This document shows positions 1 through 14,127 of a DNA stretch of 64,000 bases, in pieces; position 1 is the first letter of the stretch; each line of letters starts with the position of its first letter. Position numbers and translations under genes: made by a program. Origin of the DNA: Podarcis tiliguerta (Eukaryota); assembly GCA_965153285.1 (NCBI GenBank), contig OZ229129.1; one strand, given 5' to 3'. Below the pieces are notes generated by a model, which searched no databases, was not told the origin of the DNA, and was given only the letters and a program-made list of their open reading frames with translations.

Positions 1-719
1 TGTCTGAGTTAAACATTTATGTTAATGGGCCTTCTGGCAACTCCGCAACATTTCAAATACTCTTGTAGAACAGCTTCTTCTCTAAAGATATCAATTAGCC
101 ATTTCCTCCTCCTCTCCACCCATCCCCCAACACCTCTCAGTATTTTCTACCTGATCCAGAGGGCCATGCCATGCAGGAGGGGGGGGAAAACCTATTTCAC
201 GGTTTTAAAAGCCCTGATGCTTGGGTAGTTACAAACCTCAAACCGTGTATGTGATGAGGCACCAATTAAACATGCATCACCACTAGCAATGTAATCTGTA
301 TTGTTAAATAAAAGAGGGGGGGGGGGACAACAACAGCAGCAGAAAGTCATACGAGTATTAGGCATATGTTCAGATCAAAACATACCAGTGAATAAACAGG
401 CCAATTTGCACTCTGCACGCTTGCACATTTATTTCCAGTTAGTCCAAGTAAGACATGCTAGAAGGTGTTTCTTGAGACTACATTGTGCAAGTTGCATCAA
501 TGGACAATATGGTAACATAAGCAGAGTGTGATGCTACTCTTTTCTCCTGTGCTCTATATTGAAACTGCACTACAAGAGATTCTGACTGTCAATAGCAAAT
601 GGAAGAGAAAGCAGAAGGACCTAGAGAAAGTAAAAGTAAATGAGAAAGAGGGTCCTAGAAAAGGAGTCAGCTGAGTGTTGAGAAGGCATTTTAAAAGAAA
701 ATAAAAAATTAAGGTATTT

Positions 720-2330
720 ATTTAAAAACATTTCTAAGTGAAGTACTTTTAAATTTCTAAGCAGTACACAAAAATTACAAAATAAAAATAAAAACAGAAT
801 TCAGTAACAACCAAGTCATGTCTTGTGAGACAGAGAAATCCTGGGCAAAAAGATGTGTCTTTACAAGACATCTGAAGCAACTGATGTATACGGCAAAAGG
901 AAGAGCATTCCACAATGCAGGGGCAATGGCACAAAATGGCATTTTTCTGACTCAACACCCTGTGATATTCTGTAGGGTGAGGTGTAATGAATAAACTTTG
1001 CTCATATGATGTGTGTGATTTAACAGGCAGAACATCAGGTAATCTAGTTTCAAGTTGTTCAGGGGTTTATTTGTTGGTAACAAATATTTGAATGTGGCCT
1101 GGTAGCTGAACAGCAGCCAGTGCAGTTCCTTCAGCACAAGCATAGTATGTACACATCCAAGTGCTCCAGTCAACAATATGGCCACAGCATTTTGCACCGA
1201 CTGTAGCTTCCAGATCAGTCTCAAGGGAAACCTTTCACAGAGCATATTACTATACTCCAAATGACAGGTTATCATTGCATGGAATCATGGTGGCCAAGCT
1301 ACTCCTGTCTAGGAAACAGTACAGTTTGGGTACCAACCTATGCTGATAATAGGCACTGGTCACTAGGGAGGTTACATGGGCCTTCAGTGACAAAAATGGA
1401 TATAGGAGCATCCTCAGATACTTGTTCCTTCAGAGACAAAGCCACCCTGTCTAGAACTGGTATACTCCCCAAATCCTGGACCTGGGGACTGCTCACCCAT
1501 AGTCTCCCTTCTACCAGGAGTCAATGTCAATTTGCTGGACCTCATCCAGCCATCACTGCATCCAGGCACCAGTTCAAAACAATCACAGCCTCTCCTGATT
1601 CAAATGAAACAAGAGAAACAAGGTATCATGATGAAACAAGGTATCATCAACATAGGGATGATACTGTGCCCCCATCACCTAATGACTGCTCCCAGATCCC
1701 AGTCTTTATACAGATAGTAACCAGAATTGGAGACAAAACAGTGCTGTGGCAACCACAACACCAGAACCAGGGGGCAGATGAATGATCCTTCAAACCTGTT
1801 TTCTGAACCTGGGCCCATAAGTAGGAGTGAAACCACTGTAACAAACTGCCACCAGCTCCAAGTCACAGAGACAGTTCAAGAAGTTACCTTGGTCAACTGT
1901 ATTGAAAGCCGCTTGTGAGATCAAGCAACAGCAACAGGTGTGACCTCCTCCTGTCCCTCATCCAAACTAGGCTATCATTCAGTGATAGTCTAGCCCAGTT
2001 CTGTCCCAAAACCAGGTTGGAAGCCAGAATAAAATGGGTCAAGATAATCAGCTTCTTCCAAGAGGCTCTGCAGCTGGACTACCACCATCCTTTCAAGTAC
2101 CTTATAAGGAAAAGGGGGGTAGGCAGTAGTTGTCAAAGTACCTCAATCTCTAGGGAGCGCTTTTTTAAAAATAGTGGCTGTGCTAGTGCCTTCTTCAAAG
2201 TGTTAGGCATCACTTTCTTGTGCAAATATGTGTTAACCACTTCCTGGACATTGAGGATTGATTGTTGTAATCAATCAATTAAAGGTTGAAGCCCTGCTAA
2301 AAATCTGAGTACAACGGGATGAACAGAAGA
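720..2330 (-). mobile_element. L2-clade LINE, decayed RT domain to 3' tail
   Basis: Minus-strand frames give L2 ORF2 motifs in the expected order: YLDPFYSGFQPGFG, LLLLDL..AFNTVD, SVLSP-like, YVDD (1643-1654), LQSVQNAVAILLTG...LKELHWL (ORF 952-1275) and LWNALP, then an AT-rich tail. Many stops and frameshifts. Confidence 0.88.
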
Positions 2331-3516
2331 GAGTGAAGGAATTCCGTCTGAGGCTCTCCCCCTCTCATATGCCTCAGTGTGGCTTCTAAGTCACTTTCTA
2401 TCCTTTCCCCAAACTCCATATAATTCTATCTAAATGTTGTTGTCTTCACTGCAAATGAGTAACACACTGAGAACAGCCAGCTTTGGAAGATTTGGGGTCA
2501 GGGGAAAGATATGGTGGAAAAGGGAAGAGCTTCTTTCCCCCTAAAGAAGAAATAGCAACAGAAAAGGGGATAGCTCAGCAAAATTAAATTACTACAAACA
2601 CTTCTCCTCGACGCTACCCCAAGTCACAGCAGCTGTAATTTGCCACCTGGGCTTTATAGATTGCTCTACACAGGCAGCAAGCAAATGGGTGACACCTAGA
2701 TATGTGAACACCTCCTATTTCTTCTTTCTTCCTCATCCCCCACCCTCTAAACGCCTTACCATCAATGTCATCTAATTGATACTTCCTCCATTTTTTGTCA
2801 CCTTGCTGCTTAAAGCAGCTGCCAAGCTCTGCTGTGTCACTTTCCATTTATGGACTCCCAACTCCCTTGATCTGAGTAATTAGGGTTTATGTGTTAATTG
2901 GAGTAAATACAAAGATGGGAGTCACAGGCATAAATTTCCAAAGCTGCAGCTATAAATTGAGGGGCTGATAAGCAAAAAGAAGAAGCAGTCTTCATAGAAC
3001 AAGTGTCAGCTTTGTTTTTAAATTGCTGGAGGTAAAGGAGCTATGACCACCACTCTCCAGAAAGGAAGATGCACATCAAAAAGAAATTGTTGTGCGCAGG
3101 AAAGAATTGTGAGATGAACGAAGCCCACAGAGAGTTTGTTTCCTATTTTAGCAACCAGTGTCCTACAGACCATGTATGTCCACAACATCCAGAACTATCT
3201 TGATTCTTGACCATGGGGATCAGATATATGTTAAAAATGTGGTCAGTGGCATGAATTATGTTCCAATCAAAACAAACCACCTGGTCAAGAAGCCTGTCCT
3301 GGGATTGCAATGGGTGCATTCCAGTAAATCCAATTTCAATTTCTGCCATAAGATGCTGTATTTTGCAACATTTCAAAAACTGCAATTTGTCCAAAGCACA
3401 GCTTTACAATGTTAGTAAGAACAAGGGGGCCAGCACATGTGTTAAACCAAGTTCGTACTGGTTTAAAGTTGTTTTAGCTTTAATAGTCTATAATAGTCTT
3501 TAATAGTCTTAAATAT

Positions 3517-3596
3517 GGATGGTTGACCTGTATCCCTCAAGATGTTGCTGGATGGAGTTCAACAACATCTGGATGGCTACAGGTTAACCACCCCTA
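3517..3596. mobile_element. internally deleted palindromic MITE
   Basis: Inverted arms GGTTGACCTGTA...TACAGGTTAACC and AGATGTTG...CAACATCT; same family as 6849, 22050, 30350 and 41343. Confidence 0.55.
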
Positions 3597-3599
3597 ATT

Positions 3600-3970
3600 T
3601 AGGATCAGTTTACTTGAGGGCCACTTATGCCCATATAAGCCTAATCAACCTTTATGACTGGCTTCCAAGTCTCTCCTCCCTGGCATGTTATCCGCAAAGA
3701 GCAGATTAGCAGGTACCAGGGACAGGACTTTTCTGTGGTGGGTTCACAGCTGTGGAATTCCCTTTCAGAAGAGTTCTGTTAAGGTCTCCTAAGGTTCTGA
3801 AGATATGTTTACAATGGAAGGTTTTTTATGAATGATTTTCTGCTGGGCCCTGAACATGTGCTCATACAGACATGTGCATGTTAAACAAACAAACAAACAA
3901 ACAAACAAACAAACCACCTTGGAATAATGCTAAAAGGCAGGGTACAGATAATTAAAACAAACAAATAAAG
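3600..3970 (+). mobile_element. L2 3' fragment with (AAAC)n at 3883-3913
   Basis: ...RDRTFSVVGSQLWNSL... resembles the L2 ORF2 C-terminus; followed by tail-like sequence. Confidence 0.6.
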
Positions 3971-4227
3971 GATTCTTCCTGGGCCCAGTTTCTTCTGATA
4001 ATCCTACTATTAACTACAGAGTTGACTCTTCTATGAAAATGCCACTTGAAAAATGATCACAGATGCTGTCAAATCCAATTCAGCTTTCTTGAAAACACTT
4101 ACACAAGCAGTTCAGTATGGCACTGTATGCCACATTATGTTTATCTTGGTGGAGCTGTGCTGTTGTTCCCTTTGTCAAAGTAGGGGGATGGAAAGAAAAA
4201 CATGGTTTTGGTCCCCATTCAGACACT

Positions 4228-4335
4228 AAAACAAGACTGGTTTACTCTAATGTGCTCTCCAAGGGGCTGTCTTTGAAAAGTGCTCAGAAACTTCAACTGG
4301 CTCAAAGAGCTGCAGGAAGATTGTTGACTGGCTAC
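4228..4335 (+). mobile_element. L2 ORF2 fragment
   Basis: TRLVYSNVLSKGLSLKSAQKLQLAQRAAGRLLTG matches the L2 motif SRLDYCN.L..GLP....KLQLVQNAAARLLTG. Confidence 0.75.
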
Positions 4336-5465
4336 CAACTATCCTGCGCTTCTGGCAGTCCCACCACCTTCACAGGCACCAACAAATCATAGGTCACCTT
4401 CATATCCACATATGTTAATGTGTGATATGTTGGTGGTTAAATTGTCACCCTGTGTAAAAATCCATGAAAACTCATGTCTTGTTCTTGTGGTGGTGGAATG
4501 TACCACATCTGTGATTTGTCGTTTGTAGTCTACCAAAGTAAGCTTTAGTTAGATTGTATGTTTTGGATACTCCATGTAAAGGAATGCAAATTCAAGAAGA
4601 TTCGTCTTAATTTTACTGGAAAAGTAAAGTGTGTGTGAATGTCTGAATATGTTCTTTCTAACTGTCTAGAAAGAAGAAAGAGAAGAACTATTAGTTAGTG
4701 GTACCCACAACACTCTCTCAACATTTCAAATGCACCTAATGACCCCTCTAATGACCACCAAAGTGGGTGTTTATGTGTTTTCCAGGTTCCTGTGCTTAGG
4801 AGAAGGAGGAGAGGGTAGTCTCAAAATACTGCACATGATTTCATTCAACCAGTGACTATCTGCACTACTTAACACTCTGTTTATATAAGCCATGAATAGG
4901 CAGTCTGCTCCAGCTGCTCAGAGTGAGGTTATTGTGTGTCAAACATTTTATTCGCAAGTTAAGCAAGCCACCAATTGGACCAGAGCTCCAGAACTGCAGG
5001 AAGCAGGCCCTGGGGTACGCCTGGACATCCTTCCACCATTAGAAAATAAAAGCCCAGCTTGGGTACTCGCAAAGGAGAGCTCGGCTTCCAGTTAATATCC
5101 CAGAATCTTGGTGAAAGCAATACCTCTGAAAAATGTAACTTCCTTGACAGAAATGCTATTATTGTTGAAATATGTGACTAAATGTTACACAGTAAAAACA
5201 TTTTCCCACTTGAATTAATTACATTTGACTGTATCCTGTTTTCTCTCTCCTCCACCCCAATTTTCCACAGCAAAAGCTTTTTGTCCAGCCATATAGGCCT
5301 TCTACCCCTAAGCTGATATGAAATTTAGTAAGCCTCATTTATCCTGAAATTTATAATTCAACAGATGCTTTTGCTTTTGCTTGTGCCTGATTGCAACTAC
5401 AAACACAGGGAAATAATGGTTTATATTGCTGGAATGGAGGAAACAAAATCTCTTAGTATTTACTA

Positions 5466-5497
5466 GGGAGGGAGGGAGGGAGGGAGGGGGAGAGGGA

Positions 5498-5543
<46 letters not shown>
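5466..5543. repeat. (GGGA)n/(GA)n purine microsatellite
   Basis: Directly visible. Confidence 0.95.
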
Positions 5544-5546
<3 letters not shown>

Positions 5547-6848
5547 GATGAGAAACAGACCCAAATCCCAAATCCCTCTTCTTGAGCACTATGATATGAA
5601 TGACTCCAACAAATACAAAAACACACAATTTTAAGCCTTGATGCAACTTTGACAGCACAACAGTAATGTGACATAATACATTTTTTTTTTGTTTTTTTAA
5701 TGAAAGCATTCTGACTAATCTATACGAATTAACAGATGTCCTTTGGAAAGTGTATGAAACAAAGAAATGCAGATGCGAACATCACCCACGTCCAAATTAG
5801 CTGATTGCTGGGATCCTTTTAAGACCCATCTGAGCTTGGCTCTAACCTCAAGTCTACCTTTCAACTTGCAAATGACAGTGTCACCAAACACTGTCCTTCC
5901 ATCAATCATGACAGGCCATGAATATACAAAAGGCAGCTGAGAAGCCAGTTACCTCCTGCAGTTCCACTTGGCCTAATTATCCAAGCCCTTTTTGTTACTG
6001 TCAGGAATGGTGCACACCCAGTCAGCTGCTGGGCAGCCTCAGGCCTCATCAAGGGAGGGGTATGTGGACCAACACACTCATAGATGCCGAATGCAATTCC
6101 GGTGTAAGTACCAAATGTTATAGTCTATATTCATCACAAAGGAGGGGAAATATCTTCCCCTCTGTCTTTCAAAGTGCTCATCAGTTCCCATTTTCAGAAA
6201 CCACCCACATGCCATCCCCCCACAGACACTGTCATTTTGCAGTGTTCATGGCCAGCTGAGTGATTCAATATCCACCGTGATGTGCTGTTTAACGTCATAA
6301 GAAAAGTCCAGCTGGATTGCACCATCATCCTTTCTCCTCCACACTGGTATTCAATAGAATATTGCTCCTAAACATAAAGATTGAATTTTAACAACTTTAA
6401 ACAACTAAAACACAAACAAGGTTCTCTTCATGGAAAGGCCATTGTTCATTCTCAAAGTAGGCCTTCCTGTGGCAGATAGAACTCTATTCCCATTACCTTT
6501 CTGGATCCTATGCACATTCAATTTCTGTAGAGTTGTTCCTAGCAGTATTTGTAACTGAGCTTCTGAGCTCTAGATTAACCATCTTTAGTAACCAATGTCA
6601 AACTGCAAAACGAGGATTCAGTTTTTTTAAATGGTTCAAAAGGAGAACTAGGAGCTCTGCTATGAACTGAGGCTTGAAGTATGCAACATCTATTTTCATA
6701 GATATGGGATGAATCTGCTTAACAGTTACAAGACATCAAAGGGGCACAATGGATAGGAAGGACAACAACATGTCTCACTTTTAATTATGCAAGTATGATT
6801 CTTAAAGCAACATATTTTAAACTGCAGGATATAAAACTAAAGCTAGAA

Positions 6849-6980
6849 CAGGGGTAGCCAATATAGTGCCTTCCATATGTTGTTGGTCTCCACCTCCCAC
6901 CAGAAAGCATGATGAATGCTCAGAGGTGATAGGAGACAGAGTCCATGAATTCTTAGGAGCACCATGCTGGATACTTCTTG
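6849..6980. mobile_element. palindromic hAT-like MITE, decayed
   Basis: Begins CAGGGGTAGCCAA; internal inverted symmetry shared with other copies in the window. Confidence 0.6.
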
Positions 6981-7283
6981 ACTATCAACTTAGTAATGGA
7001 CACACTAGTTTTATTACTATATTCTCAGAAACAATCCAAGCCTTGATAATATTAATTACCATCTAACATGCAGAACAGTATTCAGTGCTTTTATGTACAC
7101 AATGGACAAATAATATGAAGCATCACTGAAATGTAACATTAAATATTTACAGAACTGAAGGGAATATTTTAAAATCTTAGGACATTTTAGTGACCCTCTT
7201 ATAATGAAGGCCAGGAATAGGCACAATATTTTATAAAATGAACAAATGTGTGCGACTGAATTGTTTTCTGTGTCATTTCTTTT

Positions 7284-7410
7284 AGATTGTGAGCCTAAAG
7301 GCAAGGACTATATCACTGATATTTAAAAGCACTCTGGAAGCCTTTTTCTGCTAAAAAGTGGGGTAAAATTGTTCTAAATAAATAATAAATAATAAATAAT
7401 AAAATAAAAT
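7284..7410 (+). mobile_element. L2-type retroposon 3' tail ending in (AAAT/AAT)n
   Basis: AGATTGTGAGCC...AAAGCACTCTGGAAGCCTTTTT...TAAATAAATAA; a reverse-strand relative lies at 36738-36845. Confidence 0.55.
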
Positions 7411-9014
7411 TAACTTTACTATCAAGGCAACCTCCATAAATTTGCCTGAAAATGAATTCATGCTTGCAAATCAATGGATAGGAACAACTACTGCAGCAGA
7501 GGTAACTTGGGGGAGGGAGGTTAATAGGTGAACAAACAAGTGGATAACTAGGATGGGGGGAGCTGTGTTTCACGTGTTATGAAATATTATTCTTAAAGCA
7601 GAAAGATTTTCTGTTATATTTGAGAATGGGTGATCAGGCAAGGTATTGAATGGGCTTTTGCTTACTACCAATACCCTCCTCATGGCTAGCCCCTCTCCCC
7701 AGTAGTACACAGGAGATCCTACACCTGGCACACATTGCCAGATTCATGTCTGGGTTTTTTTTCAAGTTCTGGAGCTACCAAATTATCCAAACATTACTTT
7801 ACCGCTTATTCTAAGTGGAAGTGGGAAGGCTGCAATAATTCTCTTTTCATTTCATTTCATTTCATCTGTTAGTTTTTTTGCTTAAATATCTATTTTTCCC
7901 TGTTTCTTTGGCTATTTGATACCCTATATTTGCAGAAAGTCACACGTTAGGACTGCACTGCATCTTGCAGAGTAAGAAAAACAAAGTTGCCATAAATTGA
8001 CCTGAAAACCTATGTATGCTGAATGTCATTTTAAACACCTGCTTGAAAGTCACCCCTGGTCCAACATTTAGGCAGACATCATTCACAGATGTAATTTATT
8101 CATGCCCCCTCCCTTAAGCCCACAGACACATTTATATGCCAGACGTAGAACCACCCCTTTTCCATCTAGCCCCTCCCTTTCTGCATAATGTGTAATTAAG
8201 AATTGCCAAGCAACATGACAAGAGCAGCAACTTGATATATGACAAAAGCAAGCCTTTTATAGCAGAAAGAGCAAGGTAGGAACCTCAAAACTACAGAAAG
8301 GACAACTACTTCAGCAACCAAGATAAGCAATAGAAAAGTGATCTTACAAAGAGACAGAAGCAGCAGGTTGTTGAAGTATAGTTGTGTGGAGGCAAACAGA
8401 AACCATGTCCTACACTGCAAAAGAAAGCCATAGATCCTTTTGTAAGATAGAGTGAGGGTAGAGAATAAGAGTGGAATTGCTATAATTTTGAACTCACAAA
8501 ATTAAACTTATATAACCAATTCACATGAACTTGACTTTATGGGCATAATTTAAATCCTGACATATGTTGCTTCATTTTTGCACAACAGAATCAAATATAC
8601 ATACAGATATGTTTGAACTTGTACAAATTTTACTGAAATAATTCACATTCAGGACAAACATACTAGATCTATGAAGTTACAAACATGAGCAAACAAGCAA
8701 GCCTGCAACAAATAAACATCCAGGCCAACTTTCATTTCCATGTGTATTGCATCCCCCTTGTCCTTCAAAAGTATAACATTATGAAAGCAAAACTTCAGGG
8801 CATAATAGAAGGACTCAAGAATCACAAGTGTAAAGTACTTCTCATTTTCAGTTGTATCCAGGTGGAGGGCATAGAAGTATATAACGTGAGGTCTGTTTTA
8901 TTTCAGATCAGTAAAAAACACTGGCAGGAAATAATTTCACGGTTTTGACCCATATTTGGAGTGCTATGTGCAGCATATAATTAGTTGAATCCACTCCATT
9001 TTGGTGAAGGTGTC

Positions 9015-9385
9015 TAGTTGAGGTGACTTTTTAAAAGGATTAGATAAATTCATAGAGAATAAGGCTATCAATGGCTACTAGTCATGAAGACTATATGGAA
9101 CCTCCATGTACAGAGGCAGTAGGTTGTATCCAATGTTATTTCACTCAGGCCCATTGAAATGAATGGATATGACAAACTTAGCTCCATTAATTTCAACGGG
9201 ACTACTTTAAGTAGAATTTAGTTGGATGCAATCCAATATACCTCTAAGTACCAGTCACTGGGGAACAACAGTGAGAGAGGGCTATTGATTTTTAGTCCTG
9301 TTTATGGGTTTCCTGCTGGCCACCATGGGAAACACAATGCTGGACTAGGTGAACTGTTGGCCTGATCCAATAGGGCCCTTTTGGT
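9015..9385 (+). mobile_element. CR1 LINE 3' end with a nested palindromic MITE (about 9122-9234)
   Basis: FLKGLDKFIE-type ORF2 end and CR1 3' UTR (GCTGGACTAG...GGCCTGATCCA), interrupted by a GGTTGTATCCAA...TTGGATGCAATCC hairpin. Confidence 0.7.
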
Positions 9386-10065
9386 GCTTTGAGGTCTTTG
9401 CTTTAATGAAGCTGCAACATATGCACCTTGTTTATATATTTATGGCATTTATACAAAGACTTTCAGCATTTCTCCCCCAAAGTGGTTCACAACAGATAAC
9501 AATAAAACTACAGAAGAATAACAAAACACAAAGCAACCACCATTAACAGCCACAAAGACAGAGAGCAGCACCAGAAGCTCCAAGGTCCTCTTAGCATGCA
9601 GGGATGAGAAACTCCTCTGATCAGCATTGTGATGAGCAACTACTTGTCACAGTAGTTTGTACTGACCTAAATTGCAACAACCTTTTGGTAGACATGCCAC
9701 ACATATAATCCAAAATCTGAGACAGTGCAAATATACAGCATATTTGCAGCAATGGTCCAAAGCTATTTGGTGTACTCTTGCCTCTAGTTTACTTTGTCCA
9801 GTCTCTCAGGCCTTCATACTCCTGTCCAGAAGTCTTACATATTCATTCATTCATTTTTGTAATATTTTAATATTCGGTACTGCTCATCCAGGCCAACCAA
9901 CATACAAGAAAATGGTGGAGTGGTCACCCTGTTCTACAGCTGAACCCACTAAGTGCTGAAGACCATTGTATTATAATAATTGAACTAAGCATGTTTCTTC
10001 CTCGTAATCTACAAATGTTTGAAATCCAAATCTAGAATGGAAAAATATAACTCATTCCTGCTACA

Positions 10066-10101
10066 TTGTTTTGTTTTGTTTTGTTTTGTTTTGTTTTGTT
10101 T
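10066..10101. repeat. (TTTTG)n microsatellite
   Basis: Directly visible. Confidence 0.9.
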
Positions 10102-10269
10102 AATCAACCAGGTCCACATCTGTACTAAAAAGAAAAAGAAAAGGAGCTATCCACCACTCCCCAATTCTGCTTTTAAAACAAATCTAGAAGTTGACAATTT
10201 CTCTAGTAAAATGTTCTAAAAGGACATTGCATCAGCAAGTTTATTTTAAAAACCTCTGAAAAGAAACAG

Positions 10270-11030
10270 CTGAAAAACCAAAGCGTGCTTTCTAGATTGC
10301 AACGGAGGGTTAAGTGGGTCGCAGATCTACAGGAGTGTATTCAAAGCAACACTCTGCCTTCGATAATTTAGAGACAGCCACGATAACCAGTATTGGTACA
10401 TGACAGTCATATGAAATAATAAACCTTGCTAGCTATAAACATTACCAAATTCTGACACTATTGATTTATTATGTCTAACAGTGACATCAAAACCGAACAA
10501 CTGACAGAAACAATGTTACAGCTTTAAGAGCAGTTTGTCAACGATTAATTCTGCCAAACGGGGTTTAGTTTTTATGCTGGGACTGCTTGTCTAGCAGTTG
10601 TCAATCCAAGCAAAAATTACTACTGCCACACGTCTGCTCACGCCAGCCCGAGGCGCCGCTCGCCTAGCCCTCATTACCCCTATTCACTGCAAATAGAGAT
10701 GCAGGGCCAGTCCCTTTTTAATATGCACGTTAATTATGCAAATTATTAATTGGGCTCGTGCTGAAGGACTTGCATTTGTGCCCAGGCTGGAGTCAATAAT
10801 GGCAGCGTGGCAGCATTTCGAGCCTGACCTGTGACAGAAATAAAGCTGGGCTGAGAAGCGGCATTTTCTACGGCTCCACTCCAAGGCGCAGCTTCTCCCT
10901 TTATAGGGCATCCCTGGAAGGCTTCAAGACAGGCTGTGCTCCTCACAGAACATTCACAGCTCTGTCCGAAATCTCATTATTAATCCAACCTGTTTAGTGT
11001 CATTAATACTTCTCTGCTGTGTGGCCCTTC
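10270..11030. promoter_or_regulatory. candidate conserved enhancer
   Basis: About 750 bp free of repeats with elevated CpG. Contains octamer ATGCAAAT (10736-10743) flanked by TAATTA/TTAATT sites, several TGACAG/TGTCA (TALE) motifs, TGATTTAT (PBX-HOX) and AACAAT (SOX). Conservation is inferred, not measured. Confidence 0.55.
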
Positions 11031-11689
11031 ACAAAGAATAGAATTCTATCAACACACATACACTGGATCTGCCTCTTTGCTAACTCACTGCACCCCTCAC
11101 CCCCACCCCCAATCTTACCACATATTTTTATGGTCCTTCCAGTAGGACTGTTGTTTTTGTCCTATTTATATTACAGTGTCAATAAAAAGTGTATGACACA
11201 ATATTATATGCTGTAAATTTGTTTGATTCCACCCCCTTTAAATCAAATAGATTTAAACCCGCAAAAGATAGAGAGGGTAAAGCTATAAGGCTTTTCCAAT
11301 TAAAATTTACAGCAGACAATGTTGTAAATTTTATACAGTTGTAATGCTTGCTGCAGTTGTACTGAAATGGGAACTATTGATCAGTCTGATTTCCCAGGGT
11401 ACATGGCAGGGAGGGGCAAGGGGGGAATACAAGGTAATGCGCAAGCAAGAAACAAAACTTTCATTTGGAAAGCTTTCTATTATACTTTACTGCCCTCATT
11501 TGGTTCCTGACCCATCTCTTTAAGCAGAACAAACAAGGTCAATGCCTCTACCCGCAGGAGCAACACTCACCACTACAGGCAGCCAACAACTCCACACCTG
11601 TCTCTTTTTTCAGAACATTGAGTTTCTGGTGCATTTCTTGTAAGGTTTATGCTAAATAACTCAAAGGTCTCTGAAGGAAGCTTCTAAAG

Positions 11690-11939
11690 CAGGGGTCAGC
11701 AACCTTTTTCAGCCGTGGGCCAGTCCACCGTCCCTCAGACCATGTGGTGGGCTGCACTATATTCTGGGGGCGGGGAATGAATGAATTCCTATGCCCCACA
11801 AATAACCCAGAGATGCATTTTAAATAAAAGCACACATTCTACTCATGTAAAAACACGCTGATTCCTGGACTGTCTGTGGGCCGGATTAAGAAGGCAATTG
11901 GGCTGGATCCGGCCCCGGGCCTTAGGTTGCCTACCCCTG
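11690..11939. mobile_element. non-autonomous hAT (Charlie-type) MITE, 250 bp
   Basis: TIRs CAGGGGTCAGCAACC / GGTTGCCTACCCCTG; perfect 8-bp TSD TTCTAAAG (11682-11689 and 11940-11947). Confidence 0.93.
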
Positions 11940-13939
11940 TTCTAAAGTTTTCTGACCACAGTTCCATTAGTCCTATGCCTAGAAGGCATGGATCCGAGCA
12001 TTTTTCTGCTTGTTCTCTGCTTTCTAGGAATAGATCTGAGTGGCTTTCTGTTTGCCCCACCACATTCCCTGTAAAACTCACTCTTTAGCACTGAATCAGA
12101 GCAAATTTCAGTCCACAAAAAACTTGATTGACATTTTCTCCAATTCAGCGCTAAAAATCAAATTTTTCTGGGGGGAAGCAGCAGGACAAGTGGAAGTCTA
12201 GATGAGCCCTAACTCAGAAGAAACTGGGCCTCAAAAGATGCAGTCACAAGCTCCACATTAGATACCTTTGAGAAACGTCTATACAGTAGTGCTAAGCGAA
12301 GCCTTTTCTACTTCTAACATAATTTACAAAGCAACAATCATAATGTAAATTATGAAACATTCTCCCCATGGTCATCTAGTCCATCCTTTTGCCTCAATAC
12401 AACTATCATCTTACTTTACTCTGGAATATATGTATTACTTTGTGTCAATCCTTGAGCTGGTTCTCTCCAACCTCCTCTCTCAGCCCAGATCCTCATATTA
12501 TAACCAAGTTCCTCTTCATTATAGTTCAGTTATTTTGCACAATTCTGGGCAATAAGTTGCTAAGAATGCAAACTAACAAGAAGCAGAAGTAACTCACGTA
12601 ATTCCTGATAGATGTACCAACCTGCAATGGACACTGCGCAAAATGGTGCCCCTCTCCAGAATTACAAGGGAAGGGAATATGGCTTATGGAAAAGGAAAAC
12701 CAATACTCCATGGTCAGAAAATACTAAATCAAATCAACTGAAAGCAAAATATGTTTGGCACGATCGATGTTACTTGTAGGTTTTGACTATCTCATTAATA
12801 AATCCATCATGCAAAAACGTGCCTGTGTTTTCCTCATTACTTTGTCAGATAGCTGCCACAAATCCCACCACACCATCTGCAGAAGCTGTTAACAGTCCAC
12901 ACGAAAGACAAGACATTGCCACCCATGTGGCTTAGGTTCCTACATTTTAACTGGGAGTCCAGTAGTAGAAAAAAACTATATTGGAGCCCAGTCAGGCATA
13001 TTATTGCAGGCATTTTCAGCTGTATACATGGATGAAATAAGCAGAAATAAGCGCATGCTTTCCATTGTGTGTGTGCAGATTTAATCCCTTCATTGATTGA
13101 GAAGAGCCCCAACATGGAATACTCCCTTACATGCATTGGTACACATGCACACACAGATATCTGAATCAGGCTGACATGCAGATAAAAACAGGCAGCACAT
13201 AGTGGCTGGGACAAAAGTACTTGGGATGGTGATGCCAATGGAATGGATGGGACATCTGTGAAGGCTGAATGCAATCTTTCCGACCACAGGAAAAAGCACA
13301 TGGAGAGTAATTATAAATTATTAGTAATAATTATTAGTAATAATAAATTTAATATTAATATTACCAACAATAAAGCACATTTTTATAGTGAACGCCAGAG
13401 TTTTCAAGAATTTTCACATCCTTACAGAAACCCCATAAGGTAGGCCAGTATCATTATTCACAAATATTTCAAGGACTTCCAGTTAGCAGGTATAAATTGC
13501 CTCACTCTTCTCAAAATAATTCCATGTCTTCCTCTGTGGCTATCCCCCTTAAATATTCTCAAAGTGCTATACAGCATTTGGAGATCAGAGAATCTAAGAG
13601 CTGGAGGATATTTCCAGTACCACTTGTCAAAGGAGCCGTGCAGGATCCAAATATATGGAAGATAACTGCTCTCACAGTCTGGAATCTCCAGCATCTGTCC
13701 TGAACATTACAGGGTTTTCTGAGACGAGTGCGAATCCTACAGTTCTATCCTTACCCACTGATAATCCCATCAACTGCTAGCTCTTCTTCCCTTCTCTCCA
13801 GTCATTCTTCTTAATCCTACTTGTAGGCTGCCTCTGTCTAGCCCAAGCACCCTTAATTTATAAAGGTAACCCTTTTGGTTGTATTATATCTTGGTTGTCT
13901 TGGCTAATTAACATCCTATACCTTTTGAATGTGTTTGTA

Positions 13940-14077
13940 GGAAGGGTGGGGGGGGGAGGTTTATTTGATTATGTTTATATTATTTTTAATTATGTTTTTG
14001 GAGTTGTTTATCTTGTATTTATATGTTGTGAACTGCCCTGAGATCTATGGATGAAGGGTGGTATACAAATTGAAATA

Positions 14078-14123
<46 letters not shown>
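13940..14123 (+). mobile_element. L2-type 3' tail ending in (TAA)n microsatellite
   Basis: TGTGAACTGCCCTGAG...GGGTGGTATACAAAT followed by about 16 TAA units (14073-14123). Confidence 0.65.
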
Positions 14124-14125
<2 letters not shown>

Positions 14126-14127
14126 TA

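Noticed and set aside
1261-1785. 174-aa plus-strand ORF
   Set aside because: Antisense to a decayed L2 RT region; chance open frame.
3143-3503. Overlapping ~80-aa ORFs after a plus-strand acceptor-like TCCTATTTTAG
   Set aside because: No recognisable protein or partner exon.
3481-3510. 10-bp unit x3 (TAATAGTCTW) and similar micro-duplications at 1611-1650, 35262-35292 and 57243-57268
   Set aside because: Ordinary slippage duplications.
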